This document shows positions 19,169 to 28,266 of a stretch of DNA of 53,037 nucleotides, piece by piece. Within the stretch, counting starts at the first letter, position 1; each line of letters opens with the position of its first letter. Location of the stretch: assembly GCA_052387235.1 (NCBI GenBank), contig JBQTJJ010000047.1, positions 1-53,037 on the forward strand. Direction: 5' to 3'. This stretch comes from Actinomycetota bacterium (lineage in GTDB: Bacteria; Actinomycetota; Acidimicrobiia; Acidimicrobiales; GCA-2861595). The notes under the pieces were generated by a model. That model had not been told where the DNA came from, did not search any database, and saw nothing but the letters and a program-made list of their open reading frames with translations. The position numbers and the translations under genes were made by a program.

Positions 19169-19707
19169 GGGGACGACGACGCCGGCCTGCGGAGCTCGGT
19201 CCAGTCCTCCGGGTTGTCCTCGACGAAGTGGGCCACCACCGAGCCGTCGACGCCGTCGACCAGGACCAGGCCCCGGCGGGACGGCGGGTCCTCGGACGAG
19301 TAGAGGAGGATGCGCCAGGTGGGGCGGCTGCGCAGGCCGCGCCACGCCAGCTGGGCCGAGGCGTGGCCGACGGGGAAGCCGACCTCCCGGGAGGCCGCCA
19401 CCAGGGCGTCGGTCTCGCGCACGGCCAGGTGCCAGCCCGCGGCCAGGTGGAAGGCGCCGATGGCGCCGAGCAGGACCGCGGCCAGGAGCATGCCGTCGTT
19501 GACCAGGACGGCGCCGTCGGCGCGGGTGGCCCACAGGGCCAGGCAGATGGCGGCGGTCACGAGGTGGATGGCGCCGGGGATGCGGCGCCGGCTGTTGTCG
19601 GGGAACGTGTAGGGGCCGCGGTAGCCGGTGACGTCGAGGTCGTCGGGCAGCTCGGCGCCGTCGTCGTCGGGATCGAGGTCGTCCGCCGGGTCGCGAGGTG
19701 CAGCCAC
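19153..19707 (-). CDS. Hypothetical membrane protein
   Basis: Two TM segments and normal composition. TAGCCT -10 just upstream. The stop codon lies inside the palindrome. Confidence 0.75.
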   Translation of the reverse strand: MAAPRDPADDLDPDDDGAELPDDLDVTGYRGPYTFPDNSRRRIPGAIHLVTAAICLALWATRADGAVLVNDGMLLAAVLLGAIGAFHLAAGWHLAVRETDALVAASREVGFPVGHASAQLAWRGLRSRPTWRILLYSSEDPPSRRGLVLVDGVDGSVVAHFVEDNPEDWTELRRPASSSPPTPE

Positions 19708-19716
19708 GACCGCAGG

Positions 19717-20208
19717 CTACGTGGGCCAGCCCGCCCGCAGCCGCTCGGCCGTGGCCGGGAGCGACTCCGGCAGGACCCGTGTCCCCGCCACGGCCGTCAT
19801 GAAGTTGGTGTCGCCGTCCCAGCGGGGCAGGACGTGGAGGTGGAGGTGGCCGGGCAGCCCGGCGCCGGCCGGGCGGCCGAGGTTGGCCCCGACGTTGAGC
19901 CCATGGGGGCCGTAGGCGGCCTTGACGGCCCGCACCGCGTCGACGGTGGCCGCCCACAGCTCGGCCGCCTCGGTCGCGTCGAGCTCCTCCAGGTCGGCCA
20001 CGTGGCGCACCGGCATGGCCATGACGTGGCCGGTGGTGTACGGGTAGGCGTTGAGGATCACGGCGCAGGTGGCGCCGCGCCACACCACGGCGCTCCCCTC
20101 CTCCACCACCCGGCACAGCACGCAGCCGCCGGCGTCCGGCTCCGGGTCCCCGGCCGACACGTAGCCGGCCCGCCAGCCGGCCCAGAGCCGCTCCAGGCCG
20201 TCGCTCAC
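19717..20208 (-). CDS. HIT family hydrolase
   Basis: CVLC, LNAYPYTTGH, HLHLHVLPRW.GD.NFM. Coupled to thrS. Confidence 0.92.
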   Translation of the reverse strand: MSDGLERLWAGWRAGYVSAGDPEPDAGGCVLCRVVEEGSAVVWRGATCAVILNAYPYTTGHVMAMPVRHVADLEELDATEAAELWAATVDAVRAVKAAYGPHGLNVGANLGRPAGAGLPGHLHLHVLPRWDGDTNFMTAVAGTRVLPESLPATAERLRAGWPT

Positions 20209-22154
20209 GCCGCCCGGCTGTCGACCTCGGCCCGCAGGCGGGCCACGAAGTCGTCGAGGGCCACGCCCCGCTCCGGCCGGCCCCCGCCGCGGGCGTTCAC
20301 GCCCACCGTGCCGGCGGCCACGTCGTCGTCGCCGACGACCAGGACGTAGGGGAGCTTCTCCAGCTTGGCCCGGCGGATGCGGGAGCCCAGGGGCTCGTCG
20401 CCGGCCACCCAGTCGGCCCGGAAGCCCTCGTCCTTCAGCCGTGCGGCCACGCCTGCGGCCGTGCCGTCGTGGTCGTTGCGGACGCCCAGGACCCGCACCT
20501 GCACCGGGGCCAGCCAGGCCGGGAAGGCGCCGGCGTGGTGCTCCACCAGCACGCCGAAGAACCGCTCCACCGACCCGAACAGGGCCCGGTGGACGATGTA
20601 GGGGCGGTGGCGGGCGTTGTCGGCGCCGGTGAACTCCAGGTCGAAGCGGGGGGCCAGCTGGAAGTCCACCTGGAGGGTGGACATCTGCCAGCGCCGGCCG
20701 ATGGCGTCGCGGATGTGGACGTCGATCTTCGGGGCGTAGAAGGCGCCCTCCCCCTCGGCCACCACGTACGGCACCTCGGCCGCCTCGAGGGCCAGGCGCA
20801 GTGCCTCGGTGGCGATGTCCCACTGGGCGGGGTCGCCCACGTACTTCTCGGGCCGGGTGGCCAGCTCGGCCTCGAAGTCCTCGAAGCCGAAGGTGCGGAG
20901 CAGGCGGATGACGAAGGCCAGCAGGCTGGCCAGCTCCGACTCGAGCTGGTCGGGGGTGCAGAAGATGTGCGAGTCGTCCTGGGTGAAGCCCCGGGCCCGG
21001 AGCAGGCCGTGGAGCACCCCCGAGCGCTCGAAGCGGTACACGGTGCCCAGCTCGAACAGCCGCAGGGGCAGGTCGCGGTACGACCGCTGCTGCGACCGGT
21101 AGACCAGCATGTGCATCGGGCAGTTCATGGGCTTTGGGTAGTAGGTGGCCCCCTCCATCTCCATGGGCGGGTACATGCCCTCGGCGTACCACTGGAGGTG
21201 GCCGGACGTCTCGAAGAGCGTGGACCTGGCCAGGTGGGGGGTGTAGACGAAGTCGTAGCCGCCGGCCTCGTGCTCGGCCCGCGAGTAGTCCTCCATGACC
21301 TTGCGGATGAGCCCGCCCTTGGGGTGGAACACGGCCAGGCCGCCGCCGACCTCGGACGGGAAGTGGAACAGGTCGAGCTCGACGCCGAGGCGGCGGTGGT
21401 CGCGCTTCTCCGCCTCCTCCACCTGGCGCAGGTGCTCGGCCAGCGCCTTGTCGGACTCCCAGGCCGTCCCGTAGATCCGCTGGAGCTGGGGCTTGTGCTC
21501 GTCGCCCCGCCAGTAGGCGCCGGCCACCCGGGTGAGCTTGAAGGCGCCGAGGCGCGACGTGGACGGCACGTGGGGCCCCCGGCACAGGTCCACGAACCGC
21601 TCGGTGTTCCGGTAGGCGCTGACGGCGCCGGCGTCGGCCCCCTCGGCCGGGTCGACCCCCTCGATGATCTCGACCTTGTACGGCTGGTCGGCGAACAGGG
21701 CCAGGCCCTCGTCGCGGGTGAGCTCCTCGCGGACGAACGGCTGGTCCTCCTCGACGATCGCACGCATGCGGGCCTCGATGCGCCCGAGGTCCTCGTCGCT
21801 GAACGAGGCGCCGCCGGGCAGGTCGAAGTCGTAGTAGAAGCCGTTCTCGATGGGCGGGCCGATGGCGAACTTGGCGCCCGGCCACAGCTGCAGCACGGCC
21901 TGGGCCATCACGTGGGCGGTGGAGTGGCGGAGGATCTCGCGCCCGTCGGGGCTGTCGCCGGTGATGATCTCGATCGCCCCTCCCTCCGGGGGCAGCGGCG
22001 CGCCGAGGTCGACCTTCGCGCCGTCCAGCCTGGCCGCGACGGCCGCCCTGGCCAGGCCCCGGCCGATGGATGCGGCGACGTCGGCGGCGGTGGAGCCGGC
22101 CGGCATCTCGCGCGAGGAGCCGTCGGGCAGGGTCACGGTGAGGGAGGCCATCAC
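20205..22154 (-). CDS. thrS: Threonine--tRNA ligase
   Basis: TGS domain, HSTAH, DLCRGPH, GAYWRGD, KPMNCP, HRALFGSVERF. Confidence 0.97.
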   Translation of the reverse strand: MMASLTVTLPDGSSREMPAGSTAADVAASIGRGLARAAVAARLDGAKVDLGAPLPPEGGAIEIITGDSPDGREILRHSTAHVMAQAVLQLWPGAKFAIGPPIENGFYYDFDLPGGASFSDEDLGRIEARMRAIVEEDQPFVREELTRDEGLALFADQPYKVEIIEGVDPAEGADAGAVSAYRNTERFVDLCRGPHVPSTSRLGAFKLTRVAGAYWRGDEHKPQLQRIYGTAWESDKALAEHLRQVEEAEKRDHRRLGVELDLFHFPSEVGGGLAVFHPKGGLIRKVMEDYSRAEHEAGGYDFVYTPHLARSTLFETSGHLQWYAEGMYPPMEMEGATYYPKPMNCPMHMLVYRSQQRSYRDLPLRLFELGTVYRFERSGVLHGLLRARGFTQDDSHIFCTPDQLESELASLLAFVIRLLRTFGFEDFEAELATRPEKYVGDPAQWDIATEALRLALEAAEVPYVVAEGEGAFYAPKIDVHIRDAIGRRWQMSTLQVDFQLAPRFDLEFTGADNARHRPYIVHRALFGSVERFFGVLVEHHAGAFPAWLAPVQVRVLGVRNDHDGTAAGVAARLKDEGFRADWVAGDEPLGSRIRRAKLEKLPYVLVVGDDDVAAGTVGVNARGGGRPERGVALDDFVARLRAEVDSRAA

Positions 22155-22365
22155 GCCAGGACAGTAATCGGCAGGCCCGGACGGGCCGGCCGGGTTCCGC
22201 CGCCGGAGCGGGGCCTGGCCGGCCCCGCCGCGGCGCTGGGACCGGGCCCGGTCGCGCCGGGGTCCGCACGCCCAGGGAAACTCAGGGGCGGTGCCGCCGC
22301 CGCGCTCACACCGCCAGGCGGCGGCAGTGCGTCGCGGGGTTCCTCGGTGCTGCCCCTGCAGTGGT

Positions 22366-22392
22366 GTCGGCCGGCGCCGGGCACGACTTGAG
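22366..22392 (-). promoter_or_regulatory. Candidate sigma-28 (FliA/WhiG-type) promoter
   Basis: CTCAAG-N15-GCCGAC on the minus strand. Confidence 0.4.
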
Positions 22393-22400
22393 GGTCCGGC

Positions 22401-23657
22401 TCAGCCGGTGCGGCGGGCCGCCCACGCCTGCTCGAGGTCCCCCAGGGTCATGCCCGCGGCGCGGCGCAGCGCGTCGTCCACGTGGTGGTCCACGCTGCCG
22501 GGCGCCACCCGTGCCTCCCCCAGCACCCGGAAGAAGGCGCTCGGGGCGCCGGGCCCCCGCCTGGCCGCCAGCAGCGACACGGCGGCCCTGCTCTCGCCGT
22601 AGGAGCGGACGATGGCGGACGAGGGGCCGGTGCTGAGCTCGTAGTCGCGCGGCAGCCGGTCGTCGCCCCCGGCCGGTCGCCGCTCCCCCGCCCGCCGCCC
22701 GGTGGCGGTCCAGTCGGCGACCCCCTCGTGGACCCAGCCGGGCACGAACGGGCCGGTGATGCCGGCCGCGGCCACGTGCACCAGCTCGTGGACCAGGGTC
22801 TCCACCTGGCGGGGCCGGTCGTACAGGCCCAGCCGGGCGTCCTGGACGAGGATCCGGGGCGCCGTCGTGGTGTAGCCCTCGTCGCGCAGGGCCCCGTAGG
22901 ACGCGAAGGCCACGAACTTGTCGAGGTCCACGGTGGACTCCAGCAGCCGCTCCAGCTCGTCCACCGACCCCGGCAGCAGCAGCGGCACCCGGCCCGACCA
23001 GGGCTGGTCCCAGACGCCGGTGAAGGCGGCGACGGCCTCCTCGGCGATGGCGGCCAGCGCCCTGGCCCGCCCGGCCTGCTCCGGATGGCTGACGACGAGC
23101 ACGTGCTCGGTGCGCAGGAGCTGGACGGGCCCGAAGTCCCACGGCTGGCGGTCGGTCTCGAGGCCGAGGGCCTCCAGGTCGGCGTCGCCCCCGACGTACC
23201 AGCGCCCGCGCCGCTGCACGAAGGTGAGCCACAGCTCGTCCACGTTGTCCCGGTCGTCGTAGCCCTCGAGCCGGTAGGACTGGCGGGTCTCGGGCAGGAA
23301 CACCGGCGCCGTGCCGTACCGGCCGGCGGCGGCCGCGCCCAGGTCGCCGGTGTCGTCGACGACGGCCCGCAGGGCGAACCCGCGCAGCGGCAGCGAGCGG
23401 AGCCCGTCGAACTGGCGGGCCTGGGCGTCCTTGAAGGCGGCGGGGGCGGACGGGTCCACGGTGGCCAGGAACGCGTCCCGGTCCCCGCCGCGCACCGCCT
23501 CGGCCCGGGTGTCGAGGACGGCCTGGGCCCCAGCCAGGGGGTCGGCGGCGGCCGCGCCGGCGGCCACGGTCGCCGGACCCGCGCCCGCCCCGGCGAGGAC
23601 GAGCGCGAGGACGGCGGCCGCGCCCGGGGCCCGGCGTCGCGGTCGCAGGGTCGGCAT
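22401..23657 (-). CDS. Secreted zinc metallopeptidase-like protein (HExxH)
   Basis: Signal peptide; VHELVH...PGWVHEGVADW gluzincin-like motifs. Confidence 0.78.
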   Translation of the reverse strand: MPTLRPRRRAPGAAAVLALVLAGAGAGPATVAAGAAAADPLAGAQAVLDTRAEAVRGGDRDAFLATVDPSAPAAFKDAQARQFDGLRSLPLRGFALRAVVDDTGDLGAAAAGRYGTAPVFLPETRQSYRLEGYDDRDNVDELWLTFVQRRGRWYVGGDADLEALGLETDRQPWDFGPVQLLRTEHVLVVSHPEQAGRARALAAIAEEAVAAFTGVWDQPWSGRVPLLLPGSVDELERLLESTVDLDKFVAFASYGALRDEGYTTTAPRILVQDARLGLYDRPRQVETLVHELVHVAAAGITGPFVPGWVHEGVADWTATGRRAGERRPAGGDDRLPRDYELSTGPSSAIVRSYGESRAAVSLLAARRGPGAPSAFFRVLGEARVAPGSVDHHVDDALRRAAGMTLGDLEQAWAARRTG

Positions 23658-23721
23658 CGCTCCAGTGTGGCCGTCCGGGTATCCCCCGGCGCGGGCACGC
23701 CACTCTGTACCTTCTCCTGCC

Positions 23722-24999
23722 ATGGTTCCCGGGGCGCTGCCCGGTGTGGTCGGACCGATCCCGGTGGACGAGGTCACCGTCCCCCTGCCCCCGGGCCTGG
23801 TGGTCGTGGTGGCGAGGGACGCGGGCCGCGCCGCCCGCCGGCTGGCCCGATCCCTCGGGGCCGACCGGCCGCGGCCCGCCGGCGACGCCCTCGAGGAGCT
23901 GGGCCGGCGCCGGGGGGCCGAGCTGGAGCCCTACCGCCGGCGGGCCGAAGGGTGCCGCCTGGAGGCGGCAGAGGCGGCCACCGCGCTGGAGGCGGCCCGC
24001 GCCGCCCTGCCCCCGGGCCTGGCCGGTGCCGATCCCCGGCTCGTCCGGCGCCTGGCCGGCGCCCTGGCCTCGGCCCGGTCCTCGGTCCAGACGGCCCGAG
24101 CCGCCCTCGGTCCCCGGCCCGAGCTGGACCGGGACGCGGCCCGGGAGGCCCACCTGGCCGCCGAGGCGCTGGAGGAGGCCCGGCGCCGGCGCGGGGCCGG
24201 GCTGCCGGACGCCTTCTCGCTCCTCACCCTGGCCAACGCCGGCGCGGGGGCGCTGGTCGTGGGGCGCCTCCTCAGCGAGGCGTTCGACCCCGCCTTCTTC
24301 CTGGTGGCCGCCCTGCCCCTGGCCGCCCTCGCCTACACCGCCTCGGTGGTGATCGGCGACGTCCGCCGGTGCCAGGCCGCGGCCCGCCGGCGCTGGACCG
24401 CCCTGCGCTCGCTGGACCTCTGCACCATGGCCGGCCTGGCCGCCGTCGAGGCTCGGGACGCCGAGTGGTCGGCCCGGGCCGGGCGCCTGGCCCGGGCCCA
24501 GGCCCGCCGGGCCGCCGCCGACCGGGCATGGCGCGGCGTCGTCGGCCCGGCCGTGCTGGCGGACGACGCGCCCCGGGCGGTGGCCGAGCTGGAGCGGGTC
24601 GCCGGCCTGGAGGCCCGCTGTCGCGCCGCCGGCGAGGCGTGGCGGGACGCGGCCGCCGCCCTCCAGCAGGCCGAGGACTCGGCCGGCGCCGGCCAGCCGC
24701 CGCTGGTGGTCCTCGACGCCTCGCTCGCCGGCGACGCCGCCCTCCCGGTGCTGGCCCGCCTGGCCGATCGGGCGGGCCGGGCCACGGTGGTGGTGGTGCG
24801 GCCGGCGGTCGCCATGGCGCCGCCTCGGCCCGCCGGCCGCGATCCCGGCACCGTGCCGGGCGCGGCGGTGCCCCCGCTGCCGCCGGTCCCGGCCGTGGTC
24901 GACATGCGGGAGCGGGTGCTGGCCGGCCTGCAGCGCCTGCGCTCGAGGCACCCCCGCTCCGAGGGAGAGCCGCCCGGTCCGGTGGCCGCCGGCGGCTGA
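23722..24999 (+). CDS. Hypothetical Ala-rich coiled-coil membrane protein
   Basis: Long ORF with two central TM segments. TACCTT -10 precedes the ATG. Confidence 0.6.
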   Translation: MVPGALPGVVGPIPVDEVTVPLPPGLVVVVARDAGRAARRLARSLGADRPRPAGDALEELGRRRGAELEPYRRRAEGCRLEAAEAATALEAARAALPPGLAGADPRLVRRLAGALASARSSVQTARAALGPRPELDRDAAREAHLAAEALEEARRRRGAGLPDAFSLLTLANAGAGALVVGRLLSEAFDPAFFLVAALPLAALAYTASVVIGDVRRCQAAARRRWTALRSLDLCTMAGLAAVEARDAEWSARAGRLARAQARRAAADRAWRGVVGPAVLADDAPRAVAELERVAGLEARCRAAGEAWRDAAAALQQAEDSAGAGQPPLVVLDASLAGDAALPVLARLADRAGRATVVVVRPAVAMAPPRPAGRDPGTVPGAAVPPLPPVPAVVDMRERVLAGLQRLRSRHPRSEGEPPGPVAAGG

Positions 25000-25046
25000 G
25001 CCCTCTCCCGCCCGCCCGCGCTCCCCGCCCGCGGGACAATGCCGGC

Positions 25047-25658
25047 ATGGGTGACCGCTTCGAGTACGTCGGCGTGCGGGTCGACGGCGACGAGGGCCCC
25101 ATCGTCTCCGGGTTCTCGGCCCGGATCCCGGCCGACGGCCTCACCGCCATGGTGGGGCCCTCGGGGGTGGGCAAGAGCACGCTGCTCCGCCTCTTGAACC
25201 GCCTCGACGACCCGGACGCCGGCAGCGTCCTCCTCGATGGAGCCGACGTGCGCAGCTACGACGTCCTCGCCCTGCGGCGGCGGGTGCAGCTGGTGGGGCA
25301 GGTGCCGGTCACCTTTCCCGGCACGGTGGCCGCCAACCTCGACGTGGGCGAGGAGGAGGCCGCGCCCATGCTGGCGCGCGTCGGCCTGGCGCCGGCACTG
25401 GCCGGGCGGGAGGCGGACCGGCTCTCGGTGGGCGAGGCCCAGCGCCTCTGCCTGGCCCGGGCCCTCGCCCTCGATCCCGAGGTGCTCGTGCTCGACGAGC
25501 CCACGTCGGCCCTCGACACGGCGTCGAGGGACGGGATCGAGTCCCTGGTGGCCTCGCTGGCCGCCGGCGGCCTGACCGTGCTCATGGTGACCCACGACCC
25601 CGGCCAGGCCGACCGGCTGGCCGACCACGTCATCGAGGTGCCCCCGTGCGCGACCTGA
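25047..25658 (+). CDS. ABC transporter ATP-binding protein (FetA-like)
   Basis: GPSGVGKS, LSVGEAQR, LDEPTSALD, VTHD. Confidence 0.9.
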   Translation: MGDRFEYVGVRVDGDEGPIVSGFSARIPADGLTAMVGPSGVGKSTLLRLLNRLDDPDAGSVLLDGADVRSYDVLALRRRVQLVGQVPVTFPGTVAANLDVGEEEAAPMLARVGLAPALAGREADRLSVGEAQRLCLARALALDPEVLVLDEPTSALDTASRDGIESLVASLAAGGLTVLMVTHDPGQADRLADHVIEVPPCAT

Positions 25659-26431
25659 GCGGCGCCATCGGCTACCCCGACGTGGCCCTGGCCGTCGCCC
25701 TGGTGGCGGTGGGGGCCCTCGTGTCCAGGTTCCGGGGGATCGGTCTGGAGGGCGACATCGTCGTGGCCACGGCCCGTTCGTTCTTCCAGCTCCTGGCCAT
25801 CGGCTACGTGCTCGCCTTCGTGTTCGACGGGCACGGCGGCCTGAGCGCGGTGCTGCTGGGCGTGATGGTGGCGACGGCCTCGATCACGGCCGGCAACCGG
25901 GCCCGCCAGGTCCCCCGCGCCCGCATCCTGGCCGCGGTGGCTCTCGGGGTGGCCACCGTCGGCACCCTCGGCGTGCTGGTGGGCCTCGGCATCGTGCCGT
26001 TCCGGGCCCGGACCATCGTGCCGCTCGGCTCCATGGTGCTGTCGAACGCCATGGTCAGCGCCTCCCTCGTGATGACCAGCCTGCGGGACGACCTGGCCGG
26101 GTCGCGCCGCGAGGTGGAGGCCCGCCTGTCCCTCGGGCACACCTCCCACCGGGCCTCGCTGCCGTGGCACCGCCGGGCGCTGCGCCGGGGGATGCTGCCC
26201 ATCATCGACAGCACCAAGGTCGTGGGCCTGGTGGCCCTGCCGGGCGCCATGACCGGCATGATCCTCGCCGGCGCGGAGCCGCTCGAGGCCATCCGCCTCC
26301 AGCTGGTCGTGATGTACATGCTGCTGGGCGGCAACGCCTTCGCCGCCCTGGTGGCGGGCGAGCTCACGGTGCGCTGCCTGTTCACCGCCGACCACCAGCT
26401 GATCCGCTCGCTGCGCCGGACGCCCTCCTGA
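25646..26431 (+). CDS. ABC transporter permease, UPF0014/FetB family
   Basis: RSFFQLLAIGYVL, VGLVALPGAMTGMILAGAEPLEA. Confidence 0.88.
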   Translation: MRDLSGAIGYPDVALAVALVAVGALVSRFRGIGLEGDIVVATARSFFQLLAIGYVLAFVFDGHGGLSAVLLGVMVATASITAGNRARQVPRARILAAVALGVATVGTLGVLVGLGIVPFRARTIVPLGSMVLSNAMVSASLVMTSLRDDLAGSRREVEARLSLGHTSHRASLPWHRRALRRGMLPIIDSTKVVGLVALPGAMTGMILAGAEPLEAIRLQLVVMYMLLGGNAFAALVAGELTVRCLFTADHQLIRSLRRTPS

Positions 26432-26457
26432 CGACTTCCTGGCGGCACCGCCTGCGG

Positions 26458-27564
26458 TCAGACGCCCAGGAGGGCGGCGCCGGCGGACACCCCGCCACCG
26501 CCGGCGGCGGCACGGTCGAGGGCGGCGATGGCGGCGGGCGCGTCGAGGTCGTGGTCGAGGGCGCCCCGCACCTCGTCCAGGCCGGCGTCGCCGGCGCCGG
26601 CCCGGCGCCAGGCATCGAGCCGGGCCGCGGCGGCGGGAAGGAGCTCGTCGTGCCAGTCCCAGGTGGACCGGTAGTGGTGGGCGACGATGGCGAGGCGCAC
26701 CACGGCGGGGTCCCACTCCTTGAGCAGGTCGCTCACGAACACCAGGTTCCCGAGCGACTTCGACATCTTGGTGCCGTCCAGCCCCACCATCCCGGCGTGC
26801 ATCCAGTGGCGAACGAAGGCCTCCCCGGTGGCCGCCTCCGACTGGGCCGCCTCGCACTCGTGGTGCGGGAACACCAGGTCGGAACCACCGCCGTGGAGGT
26901 CGATGGTGGTGCCGAGCTCGCGCATGGCGAGGGCCGAGCACTCGATGTGCCAGCCGGGGCGACCCCGCCCCCAGCGCGAGTCCCAGGCCGGCTCGTCGGC
27001 CGCCGACGGCTGCCAGAGCACGAAGTCGAGGGGGTCGCGCTTGGCGGGGTCGTCGGGACGGCCGCCCCGCTCGGCCGCCAACTCGAGCATCTCGGCCCGG
27101 CTCAGGTGGCTCACCTGCCCGAAGCGGGGGAACGAGGCCACCGAGAAGTACACGGCGCCGCCGGCCTGGTAGGCGTGCTCGGAGTCCAGCACCAGCTCGA
27201 TGAACTTGAGGATGTCCGGGATGGCGGAGGTGGCCCGGGGCTCGCTGTGGGCCGGCAGGAGGCCGAGGGCGTCCATGTTGGCGTCGAAGCGGGCCATCTC
27301 CTCGGCCGCCAGGTCGAGGTAGTGGACGCCGAGCTGGCGGGCCCGGCGGAGGATGTCGTCGTCCACGTCGGTGACGTTGCGGACGCAGCGCGTCTCGTGG
27401 CCCAGGTCACGGAGCCGGCGCTGGAGCAGGTCATAGGCGAGGTAGGTGGCGGCGTGCCCGACGTGGGCCGCGTCGTACGGCGTGATGCCGCACGTGTACA
27501 TGGTGACGACGCGGCCCGGCCGGAAGGGAACGACTTCCCGGCGGGCCGTGTCGTAGAGGTTCAC
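26458..27564 (-). CDS. mshC: MshC-like cysteine ligase (CysRS paralog lacking the anticodon-binding domain)
   Basis: CGITPYDAAHVGHAATYL, NVTDVDD, GRPGWHIEC, KMSKSLGN; only 368 aa. Confidence 0.75.
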   Translation of the reverse strand: MNLYDTARREVVPFRPGRVVTMYTCGITPYDAAHVGHAATYLAYDLLQRRLRDLGHETRCVRNVTDVDDDILRRARQLGVHYLDLAAEEMARFDANMDALGLLPAHSEPRATSAIPDILKFIELVLDSEHAYQAGGAVYFSVASFPRFGQVSHLSRAEMLELAAERGGRPDDPAKRDPLDFVLWQPSAADEPAWDSRWGRGRPGWHIECSALAMRELGTTIDLHGGGSDLVFPHHECEAAQSEAATGEAFVRHWMHAGMVGLDGTKMSKSLGNLVFVSDLLKEWDPAVVRLAIVAHHYRSTWDWHDELLPAAAARLDAWRRAGAGDAGLDEVRGALDHDLDAPAAIAALDRAAAGGGGVSAGAALLGV

Positions 27565-28223
27565 CGGTCGAGCGTGATCCCCGTCAGCTGCAGGGCGGCC
27601 CGGGTCTTGTAGCGCACGTTGAGCTGGAGCAGGACCGCGGTGATGGCCTCGATGGGCGCGGCGTTGGACAGGGAGCCGGCGTTCAGCGGCCGCAGCTCCG
27701 GGATGAGCTCGACCAGGCGGGCGGTGGCGTCGTAGGCCTCGGGGTGGTCGGAGCAAATCAGGACGTCGCCCTCCATGGGCCTGTCCAGCTGGGCCAGCGC
27801 GCGCGCCGGAAGGTGGTGGAAGGCGGCCGCCACAAGGGACCGGGGCACCGCGGTCTGGACGTGGGCGGCCACCGAGCCGCGCGGGGGAACCAGGGGCTCG
27901 AACTCCTCGCCCATCCGGGTGATGGCGTTGGCCATGGAGATGACCACCTTGCCCTCCAACTGGGGCGCGACCGAGGCCGCGGTGGCGGCGGCCGCCTCCC
28001 AGGGGGTGGCGATCACCACCAGCTCGGCGCCGGCGGCCACAGCGTTGTCGGCCGGCGCCAGGGAGAGCTCATGGCCGGGCCACGTCTCCAGGATCCTGGT
28101 GCACGCCTCCTGGGCCCGCTCCTTCGAGCGCGAGCCGATGACCACGCCGATGCCGACCGAGGCCAGCCGGGCCGCCAGCCCACCGCCGGCCGGTCCTGTG
28201 CCTCCGAGAATCCCCACTTCCAT
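27561..28223 (-). CDS. npdG: NADPH-dependent F420 reductase
   Basis: ILGGTGPAGGGLA.R, IGSRSKERA, AAFHHLPA, DVLICSD. Confidence 0.85.
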   Translation of the reverse strand: MEVGILGGTGPAGGGLAARLASVGIGVVIGSRSKERAQEACTRILETWPGHELSLAPADNAVAAGAELVVIATPWEAAAATAASVAPQLEGKVVISMANAITRMGEEFEPLVPPRGSVAAHVQTAVPRSLVAAAFHHLPARALAQLDRPMEGDVLICSDHPEAYDATARLVELIPELRPLNAGSLSNAAPIEAITAVLLQLNVRYKTRAALQLTGITLDR

Positions 28224-28266
28224 CCGTCCACGCTACTGCGGGCCGCACCCGGTCCCCGCGGCCGCA

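Noticed and set aside
22170-22400. T-box riboswitch for thrS
   Set aside because: No T-box consensus was found and thrS appears leaderless.
26458-27564. Annotation as cysS
   Set aside because: The CGITPY...HAATYL signature and the missing anticodon-binding domain fit MshC better.
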